Source: Acidilobaceae archaeon (GTDB lineage: Archaea > Thermoproteota > Thermoprotei_A > Sulfolobales > Acidilobaceae). Taken from it: a stretch of DNA of 64,000 bases. This document shows, piece after piece, positions 40,681-50,600 of the stretch. The position numbers and the translations under genes were made by a program. A model generated the notes under the pieces. The model was not told where the DNA came from. It did not search any database and worked only from the letters and a program-made list of their open reading frames with translations. Where the stretch lies: the NCBI GenBank assembly GCA_038897215.1, contig JAWAWX010000001.1:256001-320000 (forward strand). The letters are read 5' to 3'. Positions within the stretch are counted from its first letter, which is position 1; every line of letters begins with the position of its first letter.

Positions 40681-41370
40681 CTAGAGGCTCATGACCTTCC
40701 TCCTGAAGAAGGGGTTCTTCTCCACGAGCTCTCTCACAGCCTCCTCTATGGGCGTAGACGCGTCTAGCTCCTTCTTCAGGAAGACTCCCGTCCTCCCGTG
40801 CTCTCTCCTGCGGGTCAGGACTCTCACTCTCTCGAGAACAGTCTCTAGAGAGACCCCGAGGACTCTCGCTACGTGAGCCTCTCTCCCCACAACCGGCGAC
40901 TCTCTATGCCCCAAGGGCGTGGGCTCTATGAGCATGAGCCTCTTGTCCACGCCGGGGAGCCTTCTGCCTCTCTCCAGGTCTTCGAGCGTAGCCTCTCCTC
41001 CCCACTTGTAGAACTCTCTCTCTGTCTTCGAGAGAGCTCCTAGAGGGAGGCTGACCACTACTAGCCCCCTATCGTCTAGGTATATGTAGGCCTTGGGAGT
41101 GCTCGAGGGAGTAGCCTGGATCACCTCCTTCCACCTAGCCTTGTAGCCTGCTCTCTCTAAAGCCAACTCTACTAGGAGCGGTGGGGTCGGGTTGACAACG
41201 AACACGTCTACATCGCTATCCTCGTCTACATCTCCTCGAGCCACACTACCGTGGACTATAGAGTACACAGCAGACGACGCTAGAGCCCTCATGATGCTAG
41301 CCGCCAGCCTCCTCTTCTCCTCGAGTAGCTTCCAGCGCTCGCGCGAGTAGACTACCTCCACCTCGCTCAC
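40681..41370 (-). CDS. Pol-beta-family nucleotidyltransferase (COG2413-like)
   Basis: HGSVARGDVDEDSDVD; GRTGVF. Confidence 0.88.
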   Translation of the reverse strand: MSEVEVVYSRERWKLLEEKRRLAASIMRALASSAVYSIVHGSVARGDVDEDSDVDVFVVNPTPPLLVELALERAGYKARWKEVIQATPSSTPKAYIYLDDRGLVVVSLPLGALSKTEREFYKWGGEATLEDLERGRRLPGVDKRLMLIEPTPLGHRESPVVGREAHVARVLGVSLETVLERVRVLTRRREHGRTGVFLKKELDASTPIEEAVRELVEKNPFFRRKVMSL

Positions 41371-41583
41371 TAGAGCCGAGCCCTCCTAGTAGAGCGTCTG
41401 GTTGATTTCCTGAGGATTAAGCTTAAATGTTTCATGAGAGATTCGAGAACAGCGACCTAGTTGGAGAACGTGATTGCTCAAGGACCGTCCAGCAAGGGGG
41501 TCGGAGGAGAGTCTTGACCGCTCACAGTATCGCTACAGTCCCGCCTCGTCATCCCTCATGCTAGGAGGCGCTTCTAGAGGGTA

Positions 41584-42159
41584 TTAGTCTGATACCTCGA
41601 CTCCTCTGCTCTTGAGGGAGTCTACTAGAGCCTCCGACCTAGCGAAGACTCTGACCATGGAGTCGACTGCTACAGCCACGTAGAGCCTCCATCCCTCAAG
41701 CCCTCTAGCTCTGAGAGATGTGTATGTGTCTGCTGTCTCTCTTACCACCTCGTCGATGATGAGGAGAGCTACGTATAGAGGCGGGTGGCTCCTGAAGACT
41801 CCTGGCTTCGTCGTGGCTAGCACGATTAGAGCGGCTGAGAGGCTGGAGCCTGCTGAGAGCCCGAATCTCACTGCTCTCGAGGGGTCTCCGTCGAGGACCA
41901 GCGATAGCAGGAGCCCTGAGGCTGTCACGAAGAGCGTTGATGAAGCCACGTACGCTAGAGACGCTCTCAAGCCCATGAGTGCGAGAACCGTAGCGAGAGC
42001 CAGGAAGACTGCTAGAGCTAGAAGCAGGGGGGCTACGAGAGGCGCGACCGCGGCGGCGAGCAGTAGCAGAGCCTTAGCCGCTAACACTGCTCTGCTCGCG
42101 TGAATGGGCCCTGCTCTGCTTCTACGCTCTAGGACCTCATCTGCGACTCTCGAGACCAC
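41584..42159 (-). CDS. ECF transporter transmembrane (T) component
   Basis: Hydrophobic; two xRG motifs (LRARG, LKSRG); follows the ATPase. Confidence 0.8.
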   Translation of the reverse strand: MVSRVADEVLERRSRAGPIHASRAVLAAKALLLLAAAVAPLVAPLLLALAVFLALATVLALMGLRASLAYVASSTLFVTASGLLLSLVLDGDPSRAVRFGLSAGSSLSAALIVLATTKPGVFRSHPPLYVALLIIDEVVRETADTYTSLRARGLEGWRLYVAVAVDSMVRVFARSEALVDSLKSRGVEVSD

Positions 42160-42856
42160 ACAGCTCCACCCAGGTTGCGACTCCGGCTGATGCTAGCACC
42201 TCGTCTGAGAGCTCTCTCCAGCCCCCTCTAGCGACAAACCGCCCGTTGGCGAGTAGCGTGAACGAGTCTGGGTTCAGGAGGCTCGAGTAGGCTGTATCGT
42301 GGAGAGCGACGAGTATAGTCTTGCCTCTCCTCCTCCCGTACTCGACTAGCTCCGCTACCGCGCTAACCCCGTCTCTATCGAGGTAGGAGAAGGGCTCGTC
42401 GAGAAGCCAGACGGGCTGGTCTGCTACGAGGACCGAGGCCATCGAGACCCTCTTAGCCTCGCCCCCGCTGAGAGTGTAGGGGTTTCTATCCATCAGCTCC
42501 CGTGGCACCAGTATCTCCACCACTCTCGCGTCCCCGGGGGCTCCCGTGGCCTCCAGTATGAGGCGGAGCTCCTCCTCCACGGTCTGCTCTATGAAGCCAT
42601 AGTAGGGGTTCTGCCAGCAGTAGCCCACTGTTCTAGCCACCTCCCTCCTGCTCATCCTCCTCAAGCTCCTGCCGTCAACGTAGACTTCTCCCTCGAAGTC
42701 AACGAGCCCCGCTATGGCTCTGAAGAGCGTGCTCTTACCGGCACCGTTCCTCCCCAGAACTACGTGGACGCCGGGCCCGAACTCCCCGCTGACAGAGCTC
42801 AGGACCTCTCTCCCCTTGAACCTCACCGAGACCTCTTCGAGTCTCAGCACGGTCAC
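42137..42856 (-). CDS. ECF-type ABC ATPase
   Basis: GRNGAGKST, QNP, LSGGE, LLDEP. Confidence 0.92.
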   Translation of the reverse strand: MTVLRLEEVSVRFKGREVLSSVSGEFGPGVHVVLGRNGAGKSTLFRAIAGLVDFEGEVYVDGRSLRRMSRREVARTVGYCWQNPYYGFIEQTVEEELRLILEATGAPGDARVVEILVPRELMDRNPYTLSGGEAKRVSMASVLVADQPVWLLDEPFSYLDRDGVSAVAELVEYGRRRGKTILVALHDTAYSSLLNPDSFTLLANGRFVARGGWRELSDEVLASAGVATWVELCGLESRR

Positions 42857-42937
42857 TACGATGCCCGGGGCTCGAGAGTCTCCATGGAAAGCTTTTTAGC
42901 TATCTCAGAGCTCGAGCTCAAGGCTGAGAGAGTGCAC

Positions 42938-43444
42938 ATGAGGGGAGTGACGAGAGAGTTAGTGATATTCGGAGTCCTGGCCGCAACCTACTTCGCTCTA
43001 ACAGTCGGGCTGCACCCGATAAGCTACGGCCCCCTCCAGATCAGAGTCTCAGACATCCTCTCCCCTCTGAGCTACGTGCTGGGGCCAGCGGGAGTAGCTG
43101 GACTCACTCTGGGGACGTTTCTAGCTAACTGGTTCTCTCCCTACGGTCTCTGGGACGTGGTTATAGGCACTGCGTGTACGTTCACGTACTCTAGCATAAA
43201 CTACGCTCTATTCAGGGTATTCGGCTACAGGAAGACCCTGTTGCCCGTAGTAGCGGTAGTAGACTCTCTCGTAGTCGGGGCATTCATCGGGTTCCTCCTA
43301 CTAGGGCTGATAGCCGGCTACGGGAACCCTCTAGTGCTAGCCGCTCTCCTGACTCTCGAGGCTCTGATACCCATGAGCGTGGGAGCACTAATCCTAACCC
43401 CCAGGGTCGCTAGAGCCCTAGGAATAGAGGAGGCAACACGCTGA
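42938..43444 (+). CDS. queT: QueT-family S component (7-deazaguanine precursor transporter)
   Basis: AATYFALT...PISYGPLQIRVSD, GLTLGTFLAN..SPYG..DV..G. Confidence 0.85.
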   Translation: MRGVTRELVIFGVLAATYFALTVGLHPISYGPLQIRVSDILSPLSYVLGPAGVAGLTLGTFLANWFSPYGLWDVVIGTACTFTYSSINYALFRVFGYRKTLLPVVAVVDSLVVGAFIGFLLLGLIAGYGNPLVLAALLTLEALIPMSVGALILTPRVARALGIEEATR

Positions 43445-43459
43445 CAGCCCTCCCCTGAG

Positions 43460-43518
43460 GATTCAGCTCTAATACGGGTTGTTGTCACAGCCTCACCTCT
43501 TCTCCACTACATCACGCT
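43460..43518 (-). ncRNA. Candidate box C/D sRNA
   Basis: GTGATGT - 12 nt - GTGA - GTGACAA - guide - CTGA spanning 53 nt. Confidence 0.4.
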
Positions 43519-43693
43519 AGAGGTCTCATGGAGCTCGCTCCGGCACTCCTATCTCGTGCTACTCTCGGGGAGAGAGCTTTCTGGGGACTCTCGACCAGCC
43601 ACTCTGGGCTTTCCAGCTGAGTGCTTGCTTCCCACCGACTATAACGCTTAAAAAACACTCCTAGCAGAAACAAGCTCTAAGTGGAAGAGGGGG

Positions 43694-44236
43694 TTGAGGA
43701 GAGCCAGGAGAGCTACAACGCTACTAGTGATACTACTGCTATTACCGATCATAGCGGCGACGGCGAACGCTCTAGCGTTCGCGTACAGGGTAGAGGTGTA
43801 TATAGACGTCCCCTCGCAGGAGCTCGCCGGGAGGACGTGCATAGGCCTAGTACCGCCTCCTTCTCAGGAGACCGTTAGAGTAGAGGTGTTACCTGGGAGG
43901 GAGCTAGAGTGCGGACACGTTGTAGTCTACGAGAGCCTTAGGCTGAGAGTATCCGCAACTCCCGGCTCCTACGTGTTCAGCGTTGGGCGGCTCTACGTCA
44001 GAACAGAGCAACCGCTCACAGTAGTCCTCTACGTTGAGAGCGGGCTAGCGGGCCAGGAGGCCGTCCTCATAGCCGAGAGCCCACGGGGTAGCATAGCGCT
44101 CCCCCTGATAGCCGGTAACTCCGCGCTACTCTCGTTCGACACAGGGGAGTCCACGGTAGACCTCTATCTAAAGTTGCGGGCAGTAAGCCCGGGCGTTGAC
44201 TACTTCAGAGTAGGGTTCTACACCTCCTCCAGGTGA
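43694..44236 (+). CDS. Secreted beta-rich hypothetical protein
   Basis: MRRARR plus hydrophobic signal, AxA site. Confidence 0.65.
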   Translation: MRRARRATTLLVILLLLPIIAATANALAFAYRVEVYIDVPSQELAGRTCIGLVPPPSQETVRVEVLPGRELECGHVVVYESLRLRVSATPGSYVFSVGRLYVRTEQPLTVVLYVESGLAGQEAVLIAESPRGSIALPLIAGNSALLSFDTGESTVDLYLKLRAVSPGVDYFRVGFYTSSR

Positions 44237-44347
44237 CTCTAGAGTCTATGAGCTGGTAGAATGCTCTCTTAGAGGATAGTAATTTTTAAGCTCTATTATA
44301 AGAGAAAAGCTTATCTACTAGAAAGCATTTTACTATTTCAAGAAGTC

Positions 44348-45973
44348 TTGCCGGTGATGTGTTTGGCTGCAGAAGTAGAGCCTCTTTTGAAGCTCTCAGC
44401 TCTAGGGATCTACGCTCACGGGTTCTTCGTCAGCATAACGCTCGGCTTCCCTCTCGTCATCTTCTTCCTGCTATACAAGTACTCTAAGACCGGAGACGAG
44501 ACCTACATGAAGGCCGTCAAGATAGCTACCGCAGTGCTGGCTGTAAACTTCGCTCTAGGAGCCGTCACCGGGACTCTCGTCGAGTTCGGCCTAGTCCAGA
44601 TATGGCCTGGCACGATTGTAGCTATTGCTACGAGCGCTCTAGCTCCTCTAGCGCTGGAACTCATAGCCTTCGCTATGGAGATAGCTCTGCTGGTCCTCTT
44701 TATCGTGACTCTGGGCAGAGTCTCGGTGTCTAAGAGCATGGCCATCATACTAGCGTACTGGGGCTTCGCTCTATTCTCTGGAATGCTGATAACAGGCGTC
44801 AACTCCTGGCTCATGGCCCCGTGGGGGACTGGAGGGCTGGCTAGCGCTCTGTACCCCTTCATGCCGGAGTACGGCCCGGAGGCTATGGACCCGGCTAAGC
44901 TCTTCATAGTCAAGGCTCTCCTACTAGCCTCCGGAGCTCCACTTCAGGAGATCATACAGAGGCCTGAGGTGGCTGAGAAGGTAGGGCTCTTGATAGAAGA
45001 CCCCTACGTGGCCTTCAAGAGCCCCTACGCTTGGGCCTCGATAGTGCACAACCTCCTGGCAGCAGTCATAATGGGCTCCTCGATAGCTCTCGCCGCCTGG
45101 GCCTACAGGTACTATAAGACTGGGGAGAAGAGAGTGCTCAAGATAATAGCTGCTATCCTAGCCCCGATAGTGATACTCCTCCTGATCCAGGCGACGATCT
45201 CAGGGCACTTCATGGGCTCGGTTGTTGTCGAGTACAATCCGACGAAGTTCGCTATGATGGAGAGAGCTAGGGAAACATACCACAACCCGCTGATAGGCCT
45301 CCTAGCCTACCACGACCCGAGCCACCCGATCATAGGCTTCGACGAGCTGAAGAAGAGGTGCGAGGCGCTAGGCGACGCCACTCTAGGAGACCTCGCTGGA
45401 GCCCTCGGAGTGACGAGAGGAGACCTGGAGGAGGCGGCTAGAGCTCTAGGAGTAGCTCTCGATGGAGGCAGGCTGGACGCTACTCTGAGGATAAAGGCTA
45501 GAGACGTGTGCCTAGCCGACTTGGAGAAAGCCGAGGCCCTAGTCGACATCATATTCGTCTCCTACTACGCTAAGCTAGCGGGAGCGGGGGTAGCTGTAGT
45601 CTCAGCGCTACTCTTGAGCGGCATGCTCTACAACGTGCCCGTGATAACCAGCGTGTCTAGAGCTGTCTCGAGCACGCTGGGCGAGAGGAGAGCAGTGCTG
45701 GTGTTCGGAATCCTCCTCGCTCTAGGCGTCATAGCAGCCTCGAGCCTAGGCTGGTATGTGAGAGAAGTCGGTAGGAAGCCCTGGACTGTCTACGGGCTCA
45801 TATACCCGGAGGAGGTGGTAACAGTAGTCGACTACGCCTCGTCGCCACTATTCCTCCTCTACGCCTCCGCCGTCATACTAGCCGTTACTCTAGGAGGGAT
45901 GGCCGCCATGGCTCTAGTAGCCGCTAAGTACGACGAGATAACAGAGACTCTGAGGAGAGCTCTGAAGATGTAG
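44348..45973 (+). CDS. cydA: Cytochrome bd oxidase subunit I (CydA)
   Basis: HGFFV, GAVTG..VEF, NSWL, HN, KFAMME, GWYVREVGRKPW. Confidence 0.93.
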   Translation: MPVMCLAAEVEPLLKLSALGIYAHGFFVSITLGFPLVIFFLLYKYSKTGDETYMKAVKIATAVLAVNFALGAVTGTLVEFGLVQIWPGTIVAIATSALAPLALELIAFAMEIALLVLFIVTLGRVSVSKSMAIILAYWGFALFSGMLITGVNSWLMAPWGTGGLASALYPFMPEYGPEAMDPAKLFIVKALLLASGAPLQEIIQRPEVAEKVGLLIEDPYVAFKSPYAWASIVHNLLAAVIMGSSIALAAWAYRYYKTGEKRVLKIIAAILAPIVILLLIQATISGHFMGSVVVEYNPTKFAMMERARETYHNPLIGLLAYHDPSHPIIGFDELKKRCEALGDATLGDLAGALGVTRGDLEEAARALGVALDGGRLDATLRIKARDVCLADLEKAEALVDIIFVSYYAKLAGAGVAVVSALLLSGMLYNVPVITSVSRAVSSTLGERRAVLVFGILLALGVIAASSLGWYVREVGRKPWTVYGLIYPEEVVTVVDYASSPLFLLYASAVILAVTLGGMAAMALVAAKYDEITETLRRALKM

Positions 45974-45987
45974 GGGGGTGCTCTCCA

Positions 45988-47079
45988 GTGCTCTACGAGA
46001 ACCTCGCCTTCGTCCTGCTCGGTGTGGCTACGCTCGTCCACGTAGCTTTCGTGACCGTCACTCTAGGAGTCGGTCTGATAACAGCTATCTACAGGTACCT
46101 GGCCTATGTGAGGAACGACCTGGAGCTAGAGCTGTTCAGCAGGAGAGCGTTCAGGCTCCTAGCAGTCTCGGAGCTATTCTCCGGAGTCTGGGGCACGATA
46201 ATAACCGTGATCATGGCCGGGTTCTTCCCAACTCTAGTAGCTCTAGCGACCAACGTCTTGTTCCTCCCGATAGCCATAGCCATAACCGGGATAATGATCA
46301 GGATACCGTCTATAGCAGCGTTCTGGTACACCTGGGGCAGGATAAACCCCAAGTATCATGTAGCGCTAGGCTTCGTCATGGCTCTCTCAGGCTTCCTAAT
46401 CCCCTTCGGCTTTAGAGCGATATTCGCTGAGATAACTGCTCCAGAAGCTGTCGGAGCCTTCATAGCTGGAGAGACCCCGTCTCCTCTACAGGCCTACACT
46501 AGCCCGCTCTTCTGGGCTCTCTACGCTCACACAGTCTTCGCTGCCATATCAGTCGGGGGCTTCGTGGTAGTCTCCGTCTCGGCTCTCGACGGAGACGTGG
46601 CTGGAGCTAGGAGAGCTCTCCCGTACGCTCTAGTATTCCTGCTACTCCAGCCCGTGGCGGGTCTAGCCTACTACCTGACGCTAGCCGAGAACGCTAGCTA
46701 CATAGCCGACAGAGTCACTCTAGGGCTTACCGCCCCCCTCTTCTACCTCAAGCTAGTGCTCGTAGCGGCTCTCATCTACCTCTCTCTAGGCCTGAGGGGA
46801 GCTCTCGCCTCGAACAGCCTCCCAGAGACAGCAAAGTACTTGGGCCCGCTTGCTATAGCTATAGCTCTGCTAGGAGAGTTCGTCAACGACGCCTCAAGAC
46901 ACCCCTACATGGTGGTCACGGGCGAGAACGGAGTTGGGATCAGCGCTTTCTTCAACTACTACCTGAGCTTCGGCCAGGTGCTCCCAGCAGTGCTGGTAAT
47001 ACTGCTGTTCTTGATAGCGTCGCTAGTAGTGTTCACGTTCGCGCTGTACTACGCTCTAATCAAGAAGTTCGTAGTCTAG
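45988..47079 (+). CDS. CydA' (second subunit of archaeal CydAA')
   Basis: CydA-paralogous features HVAFV, SGVWGT, EFVNDASRHPY; no CydB features. Confidence 0.82.
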   Translation: MLYENLAFVLLGVATLVHVAFVTVTLGVGLITAIYRYLAYVRNDLELELFSRRAFRLLAVSELFSGVWGTIITVIMAGFFPTLVALATNVLFLPIAIAITGIMIRIPSIAAFWYTWGRINPKYHVALGFVMALSGFLIPFGFRAIFAEITAPEAVGAFIAGETPSPLQAYTSPLFWALYAHTVFAAISVGGFVVVSVSALDGDVAGARRALPYALVFLLLQPVAGLAYYLTLAENASYIADRVTLGLTAPLFYLKLVLVAALIYLSLGLRGALASNSLPETAKYLGPLAIAIALLGEFVNDASRHPYMVVTGENGVGISAFFNYYLSFGQVLPAVLVILLFLIASLVVFTFALYYALIKKFVV

Positions 47080-47170
47080 AATCGAGAGCCCCCTCCTCTT
47101 TCTCCTCTCCGTCTTTCTCCAGCAACCTTAATACTGTACTCGCTAGACTCTCTAGTGGGAGTCTTGGGGA

Positions 47171-47977
47171 TTGGCGTCGGCGAGAGCGCTAGCACTAGTT
47201 GCCCTAGCCGCTGTCTTGGCCGTAGCGCTGGCTGTCTACAAGCTCGGCGGAGTAGCGGGTGCCGCGAGCCCGCTCCTGCTAATCCCTCTAGACTCGTGTA
47301 GCTTCGAGGTCTCGCGAGAACTCGTCGAGAGAGGCTTAGTCGAGGGGCTCGTCGTGCACCCGGCTTCCCTAACGCCAGAGGGGTTGAGCGATGCTAGAGT
47401 AGTCCTCTTGGCAGCATACCAGCCTGAGCGAGAGATGCTGGAGTGGGTTCTAGGCCGTCTTGAGGAGAGCCAAGCTAGAGTCTATGCTTCCTCGAATATT
47501 CTGAGTGTGACGTCGAAGAGGCTGGTCCACTCATCCGACCTGAGAGCTTGGTGTGAGGAGGGTAGCGAGGAGGCTCTCGTGAGAGTTAGCGAGGCTCTCA
47601 GAGATGATGGCGTGAACCCAGCTACTTTCGCGATACCTCTAGCCCTCGTTGCAATCGTCGCGGTCACTGTAGCCGCCTCTGGTGCTGCTAGCTCTCTCTG
47701 GGAAAGGTTGCGTGAAGCCCCTTTAGTCATAGCCATTCTGGCTCTGAAGCTGAGGAAGAGAGGGAGGCTCGATGAGAGCGAAGTGCTAGCACACCCTCTC
47801 CGCGCCTCGATAATAGGGATTCTCAGAGAGTCCCCGGCCTCCTTCGCTGAGCTTCAGAGCAAGCTGGGGGTTAGCAGAGCTGTCCTCGAGTGGCACCTGG
47901 GAGTCCTCAGAGCCTATGGTGTCGTAGTCGAGGAGAGAAACGGGAGGTCGAGAGTCTACAGGCTGAGCAACGAGTAA
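47171..47977 (+). CDS. Membrane-tethered winged-helix regulator
   Basis: N-terminal hydrophobic segment, soluble domain, second TM helix, C-terminal HPLRASII...WHLGVL wHTH. Confidence 0.75.
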   Translation: MASARALALVALAAVLAVALAVYKLGGVAGAASPLLLIPLDSCSFEVSRELVERGLVEGLVVHPASLTPEGLSDARVVLLAAYQPEREMLEWVLGRLEESQARVYASSNILSVTSKRLVHSSDLRAWCEEGSEEALVRVSEALRDDGVNPATFAIPLALVAIVAVTVAASGAASSLWERLREAPLVIAILALKLRKRGRLDESEVLAHPLRASIIGILRESPASFAELQSKLGVSRAVLEWHLGVLRAYGVVVEERNGRSRVYRLSNE

Positions 47978-48071
47978 GCTGTATCGCTCCCAAGTCTTCT
48001 CGGTTTGAGTATCGAGCCTTCTAGCGCTTATTTTAGGTCTCTAGCTCTCCTCGGCTCTCGAGTGGTCGAGC

Positions 48072-49514
48072 TTGATAGTAGTCAAGTCGAGGAGCGGGAG
48101 CTCTCTGAAGGTTGAGGGCTTCAGAGTCAGAGTGGTCGAGAAGATCTCCCTGCCCCCCGTCGGCAAGAGGCTCGAGGCGATCAGGAGGGCTGGCTGGAAC
48201 ACGTTCTTGCTGAGAGCCGACGAGGTCTTCCTAGACATGCTCACAGACAGCGGAGTCAACGCTATGAGCTTGAAGCAGGTAGCGTCTATGATTGAAGCGC
48301 AGGACGCCTACGCTGGTAGCCGCTCTTTCTACGAGCTCGCTGAGGCAGTAGAGGAGGTGCTGGGGTTCAGTCTAGTCCTCCCAGTACATCAAGGTAGAGC
48401 CGCGGAGCACCTGCTAGCCAGGGTTTTCGTGAAGCCGGGTAGCTACGTGGTGACAAACTATCACTTCACGACGACCAAGGCGCACGTGGAGCTCGCCGGA
48501 GGGGAGATGATAGAGATCCCCGTGAGAGAAGCTCTAGACCCTAGGAGCAGACACCCGTTCAAAGGGGATATAGACGTAGCCAGGCTCGAGGAGATACTCA
48601 GGAAGGAGAGAGACCGCGTAGCCTTCGTCAGACTGGAGGCCGTAGCGAACCTGCTGGGAGGGCAGCCTGTCTCTATGAGGAACGTTAGAGAAGCGCGAGA
48701 GCTCTGCGAGAGATACGGAGTCCCCCTGGTCATAGACGGGAGCATGATAGATTGGAACTCGTACTTCATAAAGGAGAGAGAGCCGGGCTACGGCTCTAAG
48801 ACTCTGAGAGAGATAACTAGAGAGTTCGCTAGCTACGCTGACGTATTCTACATGAGCGCCAGAAAGGCTCCCTCCGTGCGGGGAGGTTTCATAGCCACGA
48901 ACGACAAGAAGGTCTACGAGAAGCTCTACACTCTAGTCCCTGTCTACGAGGGGTTCCCGACCTATGGGGGGATGTCGATCAAGGAGGTTGCAGCCATGGC
49001 TGTAGGGTTGAGGGAGATGGTCGAGGAGGAGCTCGTGGGCTCAGAGGTGGAGCTGATAAGGTACGTGGTGGAGGAGCTAGACAAGAGCGGAGTCCCCGTC
49101 GTGCTCCCACCGGGAGGGCTCGGGGTCCACTTAGACGCCGCGTCCTTCCTAGACCATCTCCCCAGAGAGCGGTACCCTGCTGGTAGCCTCGCCGCTGCTC
49201 TCTACATAGCCTCGGGCGTTAGAGCGATGGAGAGAGGCACGCTATCGCTAGACAGGGCTAGAGACGGCAGAGAGATATACGCTGACCTAGAGCTGGTGAG
49301 GATAGCGTTCCCCAGGAGGACATACCTCAGGTCTCACGCAGACTACCTGATAGACAGAGTGCTCTGGCTCTACGAGCACAGAGACCTAGTCAAGGGGCTG
49401 AGGTGGGTCTACGAGCCCCCCGTTCTCAGATTCTTCCTAGGCAGGCTAGAGGACGTGGACGAGTGGGGCTCGGAGCTCGCCAGAGCCTACGAGAGAGAGC
49501 TCGGAGAATACTGA
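48072..49514 (+). CDS. tnaA: Tryptophanase / tyrosine phenol-lyase family beta-eliminating lyase
   Basis: DMLTDSG, AYAGS, HQGRAAE, HFTTT, MSARK, EGFPTYGG, RIAFPRRTY. Confidence 0.88.
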   Translation: MIVVKSRSGSSLKVEGFRVRVVEKISLPPVGKRLEAIRRAGWNTFLLRADEVFLDMLTDSGVNAMSLKQVASMIEAQDAYAGSRSFYELAEAVEEVLGFSLVLPVHQGRAAEHLLARVFVKPGSYVVTNYHFTTTKAHVELAGGEMIEIPVREALDPRSRHPFKGDIDVARLEEILRKERDRVAFVRLEAVANLLGGQPVSMRNVREARELCERYGVPLVIDGSMIDWNSYFIKEREPGYGSKTLREITREFASYADVFYMSARKAPSVRGGFIATNDKKVYEKLYTLVPVYEGFPTYGGMSIKEVAAMAVGLREMVEEELVGSEVELIRYVVEELDKSGVPVVLPPGGLGVHLDAASFLDHLPRERYPAGSLAAALYIASGVRAMERGTLSLDRARDGREIYADLELVRIAFPRRTYLRSHADYLIDRVLWLYEHRDLVKGLRWVYEPPVLRFFLGRLEDVDEWGSELARAYERELGEY

Positions 49515-49561
49515 GCCGGCGACCGAGGCGAGTCTCCCAGCCGGCTTAGAGGTGGCTCTCT

Positions 49562-50551
49562 CTGAGGAGAGTCAAGCTCGGGAAGAGCGGCCCTACCGTG
49601 AGCGCTATAGGGCTCGGCTTCTGGCAAGCTGGCTCGAGGCTGTGGTCTTCGAGCATGACTATCGGAGACCTGGTGAGAGCTCTGGAGGTAGCGCTCGAGA
49701 CCGGCTTGAGCCTCCTAGACACCGCTGAGGTCTACGGGCTCGGCAGGTCTGAAGAGATGCTGGGCGAGGCTCTGAGAGCCGTGGGCAGAGAGGGCTTCGT
49801 GGTAGCGAGCAAGGTGGCGGGCTTTAGAGTCGGGGAGAGAGACGTGGTTAGAGCAGTGGAGGCTATCAACAAGCGGCTGGGCTCGGTCGTCGACGTGATC
49901 CAGCTCCACTGGCCTCCTCCAGTCTGGAGCGACTTCTGCGAGCCCGTGAGAGGGCTGGAGAGAGCAGTAGCGGAGGGCCTAGCGCACTACTATGGGCTCT
50001 CGAACTTCGACGCGGAGGAGGTGGAGAGAGCTCTAGAATGCTCTAAGCGCATAGAGCCTGTCAGCGACCAGGTGCAGTACAGTCTAGCCTTCAGAGCCCC
50101 CGAGGCTAGACTGAAGCCTCTCCTAGACTCGAGAGGGCTGAGCCTCATAGCCTGGAGTCCTCTAGCCAAGGGGGCTCTAGCTGGAGCAAAGCCCACATCG
50201 CTGGCTCAGAGACTAGACCCCGTCTTCGGAGAAGCGTCGAGAGACGAGAAGCTCCAGAGAGCTCTGGAGTCGGCGGCCTCCAGGCTGGGAGCCACAAAAG
50301 CTCAGGTAGCGTTAGCCTGGCTCGTAGCCAAAGGCTCCATACCGATACCGGGCTTCAGGCGCTCGGAGAGAGTGAGAGAGATAGCTGGAGCAGCCCTCCT
50401 AGACCTCTCCGAGAGCGTTGTGAGAGAGCTCGACGAAGCATCCAGGAGGTATCTGGAGAGGTGGGGCTCTAGAGTCTGGAGTTCTAGAGCCACCAGGCTG
50501 GCTCCCGCACTCCTACAGAGGGTCGCTATAGCGCTCCTGGGAGGCATTTAG
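49562..50551 (+). CDS. Aldo/keto reductase (probable CTG start at 49562)
   Basis: RRVKLGKSG...GLG, DTAEVYG, QLHWP, GLSNF, AWSPL, IPG. Confidence 0.9.
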   Translation: MRRVKLGKSGPTVSAIGLGFWQAGSRLWSSSMTIGDLVRALEVALETGLSLLDTAEVYGLGRSEEMLGEALRAVGREGFVVASKVAGFRVGERDVVRAVEAINKRLGSVVDVIQLHWPPPVWSDFCEPVRGLERAVAEGLAHYYGLSNFDAEEVERALECSKRIEPVSDQVQYSLAFRAPEARLKPLLDSRGLSLIAWSPLAKGALAGAKPTSLAQRLDPVFGEASRDEKLQRALESAASRLGATKAQVALAWLVAKGSIPIPGFRRSERVREIAGAALLDLSESVVRELDEASRRYLERWGSRVWSSRATRLAPALLQRVAIALLGGI

Positions 50552-50600
50552 GTCTATTGAGTCTATTAGGCTTCGTTGAGATAAGCCGATTTGGATAAAT

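Noticed and set aside
41409-43468. CCTGAGGATT(A/C)AGCT near-direct repeat flanking the ECF-queT cassette
   Set aside because: 14/15 match with no mobility gene and host-like composition; may be chance
24630-44340. Shared CTAGAAAGC and TTTACTAT words in the Prx and cydA promoters
   Set aside because: Short, AT- or CTAG-biased words with inconsistent orientation and spacing
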